Part shown: piece by piece, positions 1-12,540 of the stretch
Layout: every line of letters begins with the position of its first letter
Position numbering within the stretch: the stretch's first letter is position 1
From: Cyanophora paradoxa CCMP329
Taxonomy: Eukaryota; Plantae; Glaucophyta
Direction of reading: 5' to 3'
NCBI GenBank assembly: GCA_004431415.1
Contig: QPMI01000100.1
Location: 186,001-250,000, forward strand
DNA length: 64,000 nt
The notes under the pieces: model-generated
Told to the model about the DNA's origin: nothing
Seen by the model: only the letters and a program-made list of their open reading frames with translations
Databases searched by the model: none
Program-made: the position numbers and the translations under genes

Positions 1-97
1 CTACTATGGGCTCTCTCCTCGGGGCCCAGGGGCCGGAGCCGCGGGCCAGTGGGCCTGGAGGAGGGGAGGAGAGAAGGAAGAGACGAGGGAGGAGGGG

Positions 98-3000
98 TCA
101 GGCGACGGCGGCCGAGCGGGCGTCGAGCAGGTCGATGAGCACTGAGACGCTCTCCAGCGCCGCCGCCGCCGCCTCCTCCTCCTCCTCCGCCCCCGCGCCG
201 CCCCCGCGCCGCCGCTGCCGGGCCGCCCGCAGGAGCGCCCGGCCCGCCCCGCCCGCCCGCAGGAGCGCCCGGCCCGCCCGCCCGCCCCCTCGGCGCCCTC
301 CCCCGCCTCCTCCTCGCGCAGGGCGGCGGCGGCCGGCCGCTGCGACAGCTCCGCCTCTCGGGCGAGGAGGGCGCACCCCGCGCCGGCCCCCTTCAGCGCC
401 ACCTTCACCTGAGCGGACGAGACGGGTAAGGCGCCGCTCGGGGACTCGGATCTGAGGCGGGGCGGCGGCGTGGGGCCGGGGAGGGCCTTCTGGTTGTTGT
501 AGACGAGGGCCCAGAGGGCGCCCGCCGCGGGGGGCGCAGAGGCGCGCGCTGCCGCCCCGAACCATCGCCAGCAGCCGCGGCAGCGCCATCTCTGAGAGGG
601 GAACAAGAAGAAGTCAGAAGCGTTGGTGCGGGGGGAGAAACGAGGGAGGGGTACTGGCCGGGGGCGAGGATGTGGGGCTTGGCCTCCTGCAGGAAGGCAA
701 GGTTGCGCAGCAGCAGGGCGGCCCCGGCCCGCAGCGCGAGCCGCAGCGCCGCTGGCGCCCCGCGCCGCTCCTCCAGCAGCTCCACCGCGTACGCCACCAG
801 CCCTGGGGGGTACGCCTTCAGCGAGGCGCGCGGTGCGAACGAAGCGGGGCGGGGGCGGAGGCGGGGGCGGGGTACCCGGGGTGCGGACGATGGCAAGCTG
901 GCCCTCATTTGTGAGAAGGCGAGGTTGCCGAGAAAGTGGAGGACGGCCGCCTGCCGCGCGGCGGCCGCCGGCACGCCCTCCCCGCCCCCCGCCGCCACCG
1001 ACGAGGCCAGGAGCTCCTCCGAAGGGGCCCCGGGGCCGGCGGCGGCGGCGACGCGGGGGGCGCGCTCTCGGGCGACGCGGTCGAGGGCGGCGGCGCAGTC
1101 GGCGAGGAAGGCGGTGCGGGCGAGGGCGGCGCGGAACTCGGGGACGAGGGCCATCGAGGCCAGCGCGGCAAAGGCCGCCCCGTGCGCCGCCACGCCGAGC
1201 CGCGCCCGCCCCGCGAGCTGCAGCAGCAGCGCCGAGACCGAAGGCGCCCCCGAGGTTCGCCACCAGGCCCAGCAGCTCCACCTGAGGGGGCAGGAGTCAG
1301 ATCAGATCGGATCAAATCAGATCTGATCTGAGCCGACGAGAGGGGCCGACCTGGAGGGCCTCGCCCTCGCGGGCGGCGAGGGGCCAGAGCCGCTCGAGCA
1401 GCGCCGCGACGCGGAGGGCGAGGAGGGCGGCCTTGGCCTCGCCCGAGCCGGCCGCGAGGTTCTTGAGCAGGGCGAGCGAGAGCACGAGCTCCGCGACGGC
1501 CGCGCCATGCCGCAGCGCCCCCTCCCCGCCCCACTCGCCCCCCACGCCGCCCCCGCCGGGGCCCAGCGACGAGGCCACTGCGTGCGCCTCCTCGGCCGCC
1601 GCGATGAGCGCGGCCGGCACGCCCGACTCGAGCGCCGCCCGCGTGCCCGTGCGCGAGGCCGCGAGCACGTTCACCAGCGCCCCGGCGATGGCGGCGCGGG
1701 AGCGGAGCTGCCGGCGATCCGGAGCCGCCCTCTCCAGCGCGCCCCGCGACGCCCCGTAGAGCCGCACGAGCCGCTCCGAGAGCCGCGCGCCCAGCTCCCC
1801 GCCCCCGCCGCCGCCGCCGCCGCCGCCAGCCGCGTTCTCGGACGACGGCTGAGGCCGGGGCTGAGGCTCCGCCTCCTCCGCCTCCCTTCCGTCGAGGACG
1901 CGGCGCATGGCGGCGTCGGCCTCAGCGGTGAGCGTCGCGACGAGCTGGCAGGCCGCCAGCTGCGCCCGCCGGTCGCGCCCTCGAGCGCCGCGCAGGCCCC
2001 GCGGAGCAGCGCAGGGGCCGCCGCCGGGCCGGCCTCGCCGAGGGCGGCGCGGGCCTCCGGGCAGCGGTGGAGCAGGTTCCCGACGGGCCGGTCAGCGGCT
2101 GAGGGGCGGGGCGCATGGCAGAACAGGCGCACCGGCGGAATGCGTCGGGCCACGTCGCGGCGGCGAAGGCGCGGGCGGCGGCGGGGTCGGCCTCGCAGAG
2201 GGCCCCTCGCAGTCGGCGTGCGCCGCGGCGCCGGCGGCCGCGCCCAGCGCCGCGCGGACGGCCGAGGACGGGTGCAGGCGCGCCATGGCCAGGGTCCCGT
2301 CCCGCTCCTCGGCGTCAGGGCTCCCACGACGGCCTCGCCGGCCGCCGCCGCCGCCGATCTGAGGGCGCCGGAAAGGCCCCCGACCCGCTCCAGATGCCAT
2401 GCCGCCGCGAGGGCGCGCGCGAGGCGCGGGCTCGCGGGGGGTACAGCGCCCTCCGCGGGGCCCTGCAGCCCGCAGGGCCGCACGGCGAACGCGAATCGGA
2501 AGGCCGCCGCGAGGGGCGCCGGGAGCGGCAGGCCGGCCCAGGGCCCCGGGGCGTCGGACCCCTCCAGGACCTCCCGGGCGAAGAGGGCGGGCGTACGGCA
2601 TCCGCGGGCCTGCGCCTCCTCGTTGTCCGAGAAGAGGGCCCAGGCCAGGGCGGCCGAGGCCTCGCGCCGTACCCCCGTGTGCGGGTGGAACGCGTCTGCG
2701 GAACAAAGCCGGTCAAACAAGGCGGGAAGGGTGGGGGTACGGGGGTGGAACGCACAGGGTACGAGGGCGCGGAGCGACTCGGGCTCGTCTCTGAGGGTTC
2801 GGCGTACCCCCGGAAGGAGCCGGCACAGCGAGGAAAGGACGGAGGCTGCGGGGCCCTCGGCGCCGGCTCGATCGCCGCCCCGAGCGGCCGCGACCGCCTC
2901 GCGCTGCAGCCAGAGTATAAGCAGGGGTAGGGGGAAACAGGGAGGGGGCACGGGCGTACGAGGTCAGCGAGGGCCGAGCGGAAGAGAACTAGTCCGCAAA

Positions 3001-3830
3001 CGCGGCGCTGAAGCGCGGGTCTGCGGGCGGAGGGCGTGAGCGAGCGAGGGGGGTACATAGACGCCGGCGGGGCGCACCGCGGAGGGCGAGGGCGAGCTGC
3101 TCGGCGGCCGCGCGGCGCAGCTCGGGATCGAGGGCCGCCCCCTGGTAGATCCGCTCGAGCTTGGCGAACTCGGAAGCCTGGAACGAGCCCGCCGGCCCGC
3201 GCGCCGCCGGTCCCTCGTCGAAATCATCGCCAGGGGCGTCCGCGTCGAGAAGAGAGCCGAACGGGTCCCTCAGGCGCCGCCCCAGCCGCACGCGGTCCTG
3301 CAGTGGGTATGGGGTCGGCGAAGCGAGGCGGAAGGGGGGCTCAGGAACACACGTGGCCGTCCAGAGCGTCGAGGAAGTCAGGGGCCGCCGGCTCGGCGAG
3401 CCGCAGCGCTTCGGCCGCCTCCCGCCGGGCCCTGCCCCAAGGAATGGGTACGCGGCACAGGAAAGGAAAGAAGATAGCGGCGGGCAAAGCGTGCGCACCA
3501 CTCGGCGCCGGAGAAGAGCGCGCGGGTGAGATGGCGAAGCCGATCCGGGGCGGAGAGGCGCTGCTCCAGGGCGCGCCCGAGGCGCCCGAACGGTCCCGGT
3601 CCCGGCAGCGCTGCGAGGCTCTCGAAACCGTCGTCCTCCGCGACCTCGCCCGCGGCACGGGCCAGCATCCAGGCGTCAAGCGGGCCCAGCGCCGCGGCCA
3701 GGCGGCCCGCCCCGTCCAGCCGCTCGGCGGCCGCGAGGACGAGTGCGGAGGCTGCGGAGGCGGCGGCCGGCTCCAGATAGTCAAAGGCCGCGGGAGAGGA
3801 GGTGGAAGAGCAGATCGCCCCCCTGGGCCA
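98..3830 (-). pseudogene. RTTN: Rotatin-like gene fragment (copy 1), intron-containing, partly frameshifted or deleted
   Basis: Minus-strand segments IYQGAALDPELRRAAAEQLA, LHFLGNLAFS, LLLLRNLAFLQEAKPHILA and GALWALVYNNQK|VKVALK match, in order, motifs I recall from rotatin. Putative introns lie at 409-486, 592-658, 816-902 and 1282-1350. There is no complete N-terminus. Confidence 0.7.
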
Positions 3831-4105
3831 CTCCCAAGGAACCGGCCGTCGTAGCGCAATAGGAACCGGCGTAGCGCAATAGGAACCGGCGGGCGACGGG
3901 CGATGGCAGTGGGCGGATGATGCGATATCGATCGTAGGAGGGTTCGGATCCCCGCCCGCGCTCGACGGGGCGACAACGATCAACGCTGAAGCGCCGTCGG
4001 CCGGGGCGGCCTGCAGCTGCTCAGACGCCATCGCCGGCGCCGCCGCAGACCTGCAGAGGCGCCGGCGTAGGTACGCGGGCGTGGGCTCGACAAGCCACAT
4101 TAAAC

Positions 4106-5262
4106 TTGAAAGGAGCCGTTTCGTTTGCAGCTTCAGTTGCGGTATACCCCTCGTGCAGAGGCGTTTAAGGTGCACTTTCGGGTGTTTAAGCTAAGCTTGT
4201 CAAGGTGGCAAGGTGCTCAAGGCAAGGCGCAAGCTGCTGCCACACAAAATTTGTATGGAGCGGCATGGCCATGGTAGCCCCCCCAACAAGCAAGACGGGT
4301 ACAGTACACAGTTGCTTTTGCCGGGTAGGCAGTTACACCGGCCAAAGACTGTCCGGTCCGTGCGACCAGCTTAAAAGCACAGTATGCAGGCACCTGTCCT
4401 GCACCGAAGCGGAACCAGCACAACCAGCATCGAAGCAAGCGTGCACAAGCTGCCGTCGAAGCATAGCCTCTCCCAGGTCGACCAAAACGCGAAATCCCGT
4501 CCCTTCTGCGGTCTTACGACACAGAGTTGCAGATAAGAAACCGTGCGCAGCGGAGCAGCCGCTCGTTCACTTCCCGAAACCCAGCCGCGAGCAACCCGCG
4601 CGCTTCCACCTCTTACAGTTCCCTCGTGCACGTGGTCACTCCCGCGGTGCGTGGCCATAGCTCCCGCGGATTCCGCGGCCGTCGAGTCGGCGCGGATCGA
4701 TTTCTGCAGCTGGGCTGACATCGAATTCGCATGGAAGAGCAACGGCGACAGCGCAGAGCCTTGGGCTGCTGATCCTCGAGGCGTCGGCCACCGCGGCATG
4801 TCGAAGTTGGCGAAATCAGGCAAAGAACTTGCCGGGGCTGTGCGTCACGCGGGCAACCGTATCGGCGACGGGCTCAACCGTATCGGCGACGGGCTCAACA
4901 ACCTTGCCATCGGAGTCGGCGGTGGACTCGTGGCCATTGCTCTGGCCATCTTTTACCGGCCCCCCTAGTAAGCGCCCCGATCCGCGCCTTCTCTGGCCTG
5001 GCCGTCGCCGAATTCTGTTTAGATAGCTTCCTTGCTTGTCTGCCTTCTTTGAACCGCACCGAATTCACGAGACTTTGTGTTAACGCGGTGCTTTCAAGCT
5101 ACCGCAGGGCGGACCGAGCACGAGCATTTTAATTTGAGGAGGGAATTAAAGGGGCGTGGATCGGACAGACGGGCAGGGGTTGTGCCCGACCGTGGAGGGG
5201 ATCGAGGGGCCCAGACGGGCGAGGAGGGGAGGGGAGAAGCATCCTGCATGGTGCCCCGCCGC
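4106..5262. repeat. ~1.15-kb non-rotatin unit duplicated at ~12806-13944
   Basis: Near-identical sequence at both positions, visible in the paired ORFs 4205..4660 and 12902..13357. Confidence 0.9.
4798..4968 (+). CDS. Possible small protein with a C-terminal hydrophobic helix (MSKLAKSG...LVAIALAIFYRPP)
   Basis: ATG-started ORF with a 21-bp NRIGDGL repeat. The second copy (13495-13644) differs by an in-frame indel. Confidence 0.3.
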   Translation: MSKLAKSGKELAGAVRHAGNRIGDGLNRIGDGLNNLAIGVGGGLVAIALAIFYRPP

Positions 5263-8100
5263 GATATCCCCGCCTCCTCCTCCTCCTCCGCCCCCGCGCC
5301 GCCCCCGCGCCGCCACCTGCGGGCCCCCCCGCAGCAGCGCCCCGCCCGCCCCGCCCGCCCCCTCCGCGCCCTCCTCCCCCTCGCGCAGGGCGGCGGATCC
5401 CCGGAGGCCGGCCGCTGCGACAGCTCCGCCTTGCGGGCGAGCAGGGCCCCCCCCCGCGCCGGCCCCCTTCAGCGCCACCTTCACCTGGGCGGACGAGACG
5501 GGTAAGGCGCCGCTCGGGGACTCGGATCTGAGGCGGGGCGGCAGCGTGGGGCCGGGGAGGGCCTTCCGGTTGTTGTAGACGAGGGCCCAGAGGGCGCCCG
5601 CCGCAAGGGGCGCAGAGGCGCGCGCTGCCGCCCCGCACCATCGCCAGCAGCCGCGGCAGCGCCATCTCTGAGGGGGGAACAAGAAGAAGTCAGAAGCGTT
5701 GGTGCGGGGGGAGAAAAGAGGGCGGGGAAGTGGAGGACGGCCGCCTGCCGCGCGGCGGCCGCCGGCACGCCCTCCCCGCCCTCCGCCGCCACCGACGAGG
5801 CCAGGAGCTCCTCCAAAGGGGCTCCGGGGCCGGCGGCGGCGGCGACGCGGGGGGCGCGCTCTCGGGCGACGCGGTCGAGGGCGGCGGCGCAGTCGGCGAG
5901 GAAGGCGGTGCGGGCGAGGGCGGCGCGGAACTCGGGGACGAGGGCCATCGAGGCCAGCGCGGCAAAGGCCGCCCCGTGCGCCGCCACGCCGAGCCGCGCC
6001 CGCCCCGCGAGCTGCAGCAGCAGCGCCGAGACCGAGGGCGCCCCCGAAGTACGCCACCAGGCCCAGCAGCTCCACCTGAGGGGGCAGGGTTCAGATCAGA
6101 TCGGATCAAATCAGATCTGATCTGAGCCGACGAGAGGGGCCGACCTGGAGGGCCTCGCCCTCGCAGGAGGCGAGGGGCCAGAGCCGCTCGAGCAGCGCCG
6201 CGACGCGGAGGGCGAGGAGGGCGGCCTTGGCCTCGCCCGAGCCGGCCGCGAGGTTCTTGAGCAGGGCGAGCGAGAGCACGAGCTCCGCGACGGCCGCGCC
6301 GTGCCGCAGCGCCCCCTCCCCGCCCCACTCGCCCCCCGCGCCGCCCCCGCCGGGGCCCAGCGACGAGGCCACTGCGTGCGCCTCCTCGGCCGCCGCGATG
6401 AGCGCGGCCGGCACGCCCGACTCGAGCGCCGCCCGCGTGCCCGTGCGCGAGGCCGCGAGCACGTTCACCAGCGCCCCGGCGATGGCGGCGCGGGAGCGGA
6501 GCTGCCGGCGGTCCGGAGCCGCCCTCTCCAGCGCGCCCCGCGACGCCCCGTAGAGCCGCACGAGCCGCTCCGAGAGCCGCGCGCCCAGCTCCCCGCCCCG
6601 CCGCCGCCGCCGCCGCCGCCAGCCGCGTTCTCGGACGACGGCGGAGGCCGGGGCTGAGGCTCCGCCTCCCCCGCCTCCCTTCCGTCGAGGACGCGGCGCA
6701 TGGCGGCGTCGGCCTCGGCGGTGAGCGTCGCGACGAGCTGGCAGGCCGCCAGCTGCGCCCGCCGGTCGCGCCCTCGAGCGCCGCGCAGGCCCGCGGAGCA
6801 GCGCGGGGCCGCCGACGGGCCGGCCTCGCCGAGCGCGGCGCGGGCCTCCGGGCAGCGGTGGAGCAGGTTCCCGACGGGCCGGTCAGCGGCTGAGGGCGGG
6901 GCGCATGGCAGAACAGGCGCACCGGCGGAATGCGTCGGGCCACGTCGCGGCGGCGAAGGCGCGGGCGGCGGCGGGGTCGGCCTCGCAGAGGGCCGCGAGG
7001 CGCCCCAGCGCCGCCGCGCAGTCGGCGTGCGCCGCGGCGCCGGCGGCCGCGCCAAGCGCCGCGCGGACGGCCGAGGACGGGTGCAGGCGCGCCATGGCCA
7101 GGGTCCCGTCCCGCTCCTCGGGCGTCAGGGCTCCCACGACGGCCTCGCCGGCCGCCGCCGCCGCCGATCTGAGGGCGCCGGAAAGGCCCCCGACCCGCTC
7201 CAGATGCCATGCCGCCGCGAGGGCGCGCGCGAGGCGCGGGCTCGCGGGGGTACAGCGCCCTCCGCGGGGCCCTGCAGCCCGCAGGGCCGCACGGCGAACG
7301 CGAATCGGAAGGCCGCCGCGAGGGGCGCCGGGAGCGGCAGGCCGGCCCAGGGCCCGGGGCGTCGGACCCCTCCAGGACCTCCCGGGCGAAGAGGGCGGGC
7401 GTACGGCATCCGCGGGCCTGCGCCTCCTCGTTGTCCGAGAAGAGGGCCCAGGCCAGGGCGGCCGAGGCCTCGCGCCGTACCCCGTGTGCGGGTGGAACGC
7501 GTCTGCGGAACAAAGCCGGTCAACAAGGCGGGAAGGGTGGGGTACGGGGGTGGAACGCACAGGGTACGAGGGCGCGGAGCGACTCGGGCTCGTCTCTGAG
7601 GGTTCGGCGTACCCCGGAAGGAGCCGGCACAGCGAGGAAAGGACGGAGGCTGCGGGGCCCTCGGCGCCGGCTCGATCGCCGCCCCGAGCGGCCGCGACCG
7701 CCTCGCGCTGCAGCCAGAGTATAAGCAGGGGTAGGGGGAAACAGGGAGGGGCACGGGCGTACGAGGTCAGCGAGGGCCGAGCGGAAGAGAACTAGTCCGC
7801 AAACGCGGCGCTAAAGCGCGGGTCTGCGGGCGGAGGGCGTGAGCGAGCGAGGGGGGTACATAGACGCCGGCGGGGCGCAAGCGGAGGGCGAGGGCGAGCT
7901 GCTCGGCGGCCGCGCGGCGCAGCTCGGGATCGAGGGCCGCCCCCTGGTAGATCCGCTGGAGCTTGGCCAACTCGGAAGCCTGGAACGAGCCCGCCGGCCC
8001 GCGCGCCGCCGGTCCCTCGTCGAAATCATCGCCAGGGGCGTCCGCGTCGAGAAGAGAGCCGAAGGGGTCCCTCAGGCGCCGCCCCAGCCGCACGCGGTCC
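5263..8100 (-). pseudogene. RTTN: Rotatin-like fragment (copy 2) with internal deletions
   Basis: Near-identical to ~170-3300, but lacks about 650-935 and jumps from the equivalent of ~3300 to ~3880. Confidence 0.7.
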
Positions 8101-8745
8101 GCAGAGGAACCGGCGGGCGACGGGCGACGGCAGTGGGCGGATGATGCGATATCGATCGTAGGAGGGTTCGGATCCCCGCCCGCGCTCGACGGGGCGACAA
8201 CGATCAACGCCGAAGCGCTGTCGGCCGGGGCCGCCGGGCGGCCTGCAACCGCTCAGACGCCATTGCCGGCGCCGCCGCAGACCTGCAGAAGCGCCGGCGT
8301 AGGCACGCGGGCGTGGGCTCGACAAGCCACATTAAAGGAGCCGCTTCGTTTGCAGCTTCAGTTGCGGTATACCCCTCGTGCAGAGGCTCTCAGGCTCACG
8401 CTCCGGTCACGGCGATTCGAATCCGCCGGCATCAGCGCGGCGATTCGATTTCGCGGCGCGGCGAAGCTTGAGCTGGGGCGCGGCTAGATGATGCGAGCCG
8501 TTTAGCGACCGCACCGTGCATCTAGATCTTCAAGGTGGGCATGTCCGAACAGGTGCGATGGGGCGCCCCTGCAGTGTGCTGCCCCCACGTTAATTTAACA
8601 CGGATCATGGATCGTTGACTCCCCGAGGCATAGGCGCAGGCTGAGAATCCGGAGGTAATGGCGCAGTTGAAGGTGCGCGGCTGCACGATCGATCTTGGCT
8701 GCTCATCGATGAATGTAACCTAATGCCGGCAGAGCCTTCTCGCCG

Positions 8746-8858
8746 CGGCGGAGAAGCGGGCGGATGAGGCGGAGAAGCGGGCGCATGAGGCGGAGAACCG
8801 GGCGGATGAGGCGGAGAAGCGGGCGGATGAGGCGAAGAAGGGGCGGATGAGGCGAAGC
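8746..8858 (+). repeat. 21-bp tandem repeat GGCGGAGAAGCGGGCGGATGA, about 5 copies (reads AEKRADE)
   Basis: Directly visible; no intact ORF carries it. Confidence 0.85.
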
Positions 8859-9714
8859 AGTTGTCACAACAAGCGTTGGACGAGAAAGAGCGAGCTCAGG
8901 TGCGCACCAGCGCTTGCGTGCATATGCTGACCGGAACCGCTCACTAAAACTCCGCAGGCGAGTGTTTTGTACAAGATTGCATTGTGGTTTGCTCGCTCTA
9001 AGTTCCCGTTTTGAATGTAGGAATGGAAAGGGTCCCTATTGGCTGGTGCAGCGGGCTGCAGTGTCGCTTTGGTCAGCTGTGTTGCACTGGGTTTCCGCTC
9101 CGCTGTAGAGGTGACCTCGTTTGGGCTGGTGTCGAGCGCTCTGCAGTGCTTTGGGTACTTCTTGCAGGCGATCTTCGCTCTTTTGACGACGAAGGTAGTC
9201 ATGCGGCATCTAGATCTGAAGCGCGGGACCCTTATGCAGCTGCAGCCGGCTATAGCTGGCGCTGCTATCGGGCAGCCGGCGTCGACTATCATTGTTTAGC
9301 TAGCTATTATAGCTATAGTCTACCGTAGTACACTATATATACGCTATGAAGTAAAAGCCCGCCGCTCCTGCTCATGCCATGCACCTGCATTCCGAGGTGA
9401 CCCACTAGCGAAATATCCGGGGCCGGAGCCCGGCCCAGGCCCCTGTGGCCGCGGGGGCTCAGTGGCTATATACAGCTAGGGGTTTGTGGGGCCCGGCGGC
9501 CCGGGGGCTAGGCTGGCCCTGGCAGAACCAGCTTCAAAGGCTCCGGCCCGGCGGCAAGAGAAGAGGCTTCAGAATCTGAAGGGCAAGGCCTAGGGGCAGG
9601 AGGCTCGGGAGGCCCAGGGCGCTAGAGAGGGCCGAGAAAGCATTGGGAAGGCTCGCGATCGGGGAAGGGGCGGGGCAGCCGCTGGCCCTCCCGGGGCGCC
9701 TGCCGCAGTGCGGG

Positions 9715-9946
9715 CCCTCTCCCCGGGGCGCTGGGGCCGGAGCCGCGGCCCGGTAGGCCTGGAGGAGGGGAGGAGATGAGGAAGAGACGAGGGAGGAGGG
9801 CTCAGGCTGCGGCGGCCGAGCGGGCGTCGATCGCGAGCAGGTCGATGAGCACTGAGACGCTCTCCAGCGCCGCCGCCGCCGCTAGCGCTGCCTCCTCCTC
9901 CGCCCCCTCGCCGCCCCCGCGCCGCCGCTGCCGGGCCGCCCGCAGG
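9715..9946 (-). pseudogene. RTTN: Short copy of the rotatin-like 3' end and downstream sequence
   Basis: Diverged copy of ~10-232 (LESVSVLIDLL...ARSAA). Confidence 0.6.
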
Positions 9947-10559
9947 CCCTGCCAGAGGAGCACGGAACCGTCGGGCGTGTCACTCATGATCATGATCATA
10001 TGCATCATGGCATGGGCCCCGGGCCCCGCAAGGACATGCAAGAAGTGGACACTGTGACAAGAAGGACAAATTAAAAAGTGGCCGAGTACGGAAGTTGACA
10101 AGCCTTTAATTTCTAGCCGGCGCGCGTTGAAGCATGATCTTAAAATTAGTTTCAGGCCTCAGGGCCCGCGGCCTAGAGCCTCGGAGCTCAGCGGCTGCAG
10201 ATATTGATCAGCGGTTCGAATTCATGATCAACGAAAAAAATTGAGTCATGATCGGTTTCAAAAGTTTCAAGTTTTGCTTTTTGCGAACACTCAGTGACTA
10301 TGATAACCTCCTTATCATTAATTTCTTCAGCTGATCATGATCATGAGTCAGGGCCCCGGGGGCCAGCACAGCGCGCAGGTCCCCCTCTAGCTATTCAATC
10401 ATAGTATTAGTAGCTATAGCTATGGGGCTTCCGCGGATAGTGATGGAAGGTACTCGCCATGCATATGGGAGGACTCGGCGGAGGCGGAGGAGGACGAGGG
10501 GCAGGAGCGGGGCCGGCGGGCCCGGGTACGGGAGCGGAGGCGGGCCCGGGTACGGGAGC

Positions 10560-11076
10560 CGGGGCGGGGAAGAAGGCGCCTATCTCGCGCTGCCTCACGT
10601 CCACCTCCTCGAAGCCCACGCACTGCCGCCCGTACCCTCAGAGAGGGAAGGGAAGGAGCTGGGGAGGGGTACGGGATCGGACCTGGATGGAGAGGAGCGT
10701 GACGGGGTACCGGGCGGTGCGGCGCCAGAGGATCAGAGCCGCCTTCACAATCGCGTCGCAGTCGTGCTGCACGTCCGCCTTGTGCTGCAGAAGGGCTGTA
10801 CCCCCGCCTCCTCGCCCCCGGGGCCTCCACCTCGCCGTCCGCCTCGGCGTCGTGCTCTGGGCGGGCCGGGCGGGCGCGGGGCCTCCTAGGAGCTCGCGGG
10901 CGTGACAGCTGAGGCCCGATGGTACGAGGCCGGCGAGGGACTCGGTACGCAGGCCCCTCATACCCCGCCAGATCAAATTCAGCGTCCGGGGCCGCCGCCG
11001 CCACGTCACGAAGTCTGCCGCCCATCGTGAGGCGCGCCACGCATCTTATAGCTGCGCGCACCGCACCGTGCCGCAT
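10560..11076 (-). pseudogene. Possible fragment of a Y-family DNA polymerase (little-finger region plus PIP-box-like motif)
   Basis: Segments RRPRTIG, YPVTLLSIQ and GFEEVDVRQREIGAFF. QREIGAFF fits the PIP-box pattern QxxIxxFF. The segments are split across frames. Confidence 0.3.
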
Positions 11077-11769
11077 CCGCTGTACGAGCTCTCGCGCTGT
11101 GGAGCGTCAGCGAGATGGGCGGGGCGTGCGGATTCGCGGGGCGGCGGGGCGGACCGAGGATGTGGAGCCACTTGGTCACTCCCGCGAGGGAGTACTCCTG
11201 CGGGGAATGTTGTCAGGCCTCAGGTCCCGCCAGCCCGGTCTCGCGGGCGGGCCACGGGGTACTACCTCGTTGAAGCTCTTCGCGGCCAGCATCGACTGCG
11301 GCGAGCGGAGCTCTCAGCGGAAGAACGAAAGGGCCAGGGGGGCGCAGGCGCGCCTTGGGGCGGGTACGGGGGATGACGTCGGAATCCTCTACCCCCCGGA
11401 CGATGCGGTAGAGCCCGCACAGCGGCGCACTCGCGCGCGTCCCCGGCGCGGGCCGCGGCGGCGCGGAGCCAGCCCGGGGCGGGCCCCTCTTCCCCGTCGG
11501 GCCGGTGCGCGACGGCGAGCACCGACCAGGCGTCGGGCCAGCGGGCGAGCTGGGCGGCGACGCCCCAGCCAGGGCCCGCACGCGGGCCTCGCGGTCCGAA
11601 AGGAACGCCAGCGCGGCGCCCAGGGCCGCCCCGCCGCACTCCGCGACGAGCGCGCCGGGGCTCCGGGAGGCCGCGTCCCGTGGGCCGGCGCGTCCCGCGC
11701 CAGCAGCGTCAGCGCCCCGCGTAGCACCGCCGGCGCCGCCGTCCACCACCGGTCGGCGCGCCAGGTCCC

Positions 11770-12060
11770 CCGCCGACAGAGCCGCCAGCAGCTCGGCCGC
11801 GCGCGCGCGCGCCGCGGCGGCGGTCAGGGAGGCGGCGGCAGGGGAGGACGGCGGCGGCGGCGGGGCCGCAGACAGAGCCGCCAGCAGCTCGGCCGCGCGC
11901 ACGCGCGCCGCGGCGGCGGTCAGGGAGGCGGCGGCAGGGGAGGACGGCGGCGGCGGCGGGGCCGCCGACAGAGCCGCCAGCAGCTCGGCCGCGCGCACGC
12001 GCGCCGCGGCGGCGGTCAGGGAGGCGGCGGCAGGGAGGACGGCGGCGGCGGCGGGGCCAG
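11770..12060. repeat. ~96-bp GC-rich tandem repeat, 3 copies (minus strand AELLAALSAAPPPPPSSPAAASLTAAAAR)
   Basis: Units start near 11775, 11870 and 11967. Confidence 0.85.
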
Positions 12061-12099
12061 GAAGCCGTCCGCGAGCGCGGCGGCGGCGAGGGGCGAGCC

Positions 12100-12540
12100 G
12101 GCTCCGCGAGCCGCAGCGCTTCCTCCCGCCGGGCCCTGCCCCAAGGAATGGGTACGCGGCACAGGAAAGGAAAGAAGACAGCGGCGGGCGGAGCGCGCGC
12201 ACCACTCGGCGCCGGAGAAGAGCGCGCGGGTGAGATGGCGAAGCCGATCCGGGGCGGAGAGGCGCTGCTCCAGGGCGCGCCCGAGGCGCCCGAACGGTCC
12301 CGGTCCCGGCAGCGCTGCGCGGTTCTCGAAACCGTCGTCCTCCGCGACCTCGCCCGCGGCACGGGCCAGCATCCAGGCGTCCAGCGGGCCCAGCGCCGCG
12401 GCCAGGCGGCCCGCCCCGTCCAGCCGCTCGGCGGCCGCGAGGACGAGTGCGGAGGCTGCGGAGGCGGCGGCCGGCTCCAGATCGTCAAAGGCCGCGGGAG
12501 AGGAGGTGGAAGAGCAGATCGCCCCCCTGGGCCACCCCCA
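12100..12540 (-). pseudogene. RTTN: Rotatin-like fragment (copy 3)
   Basis: Near-identical to ~3390-3840. Confidence 0.55.
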
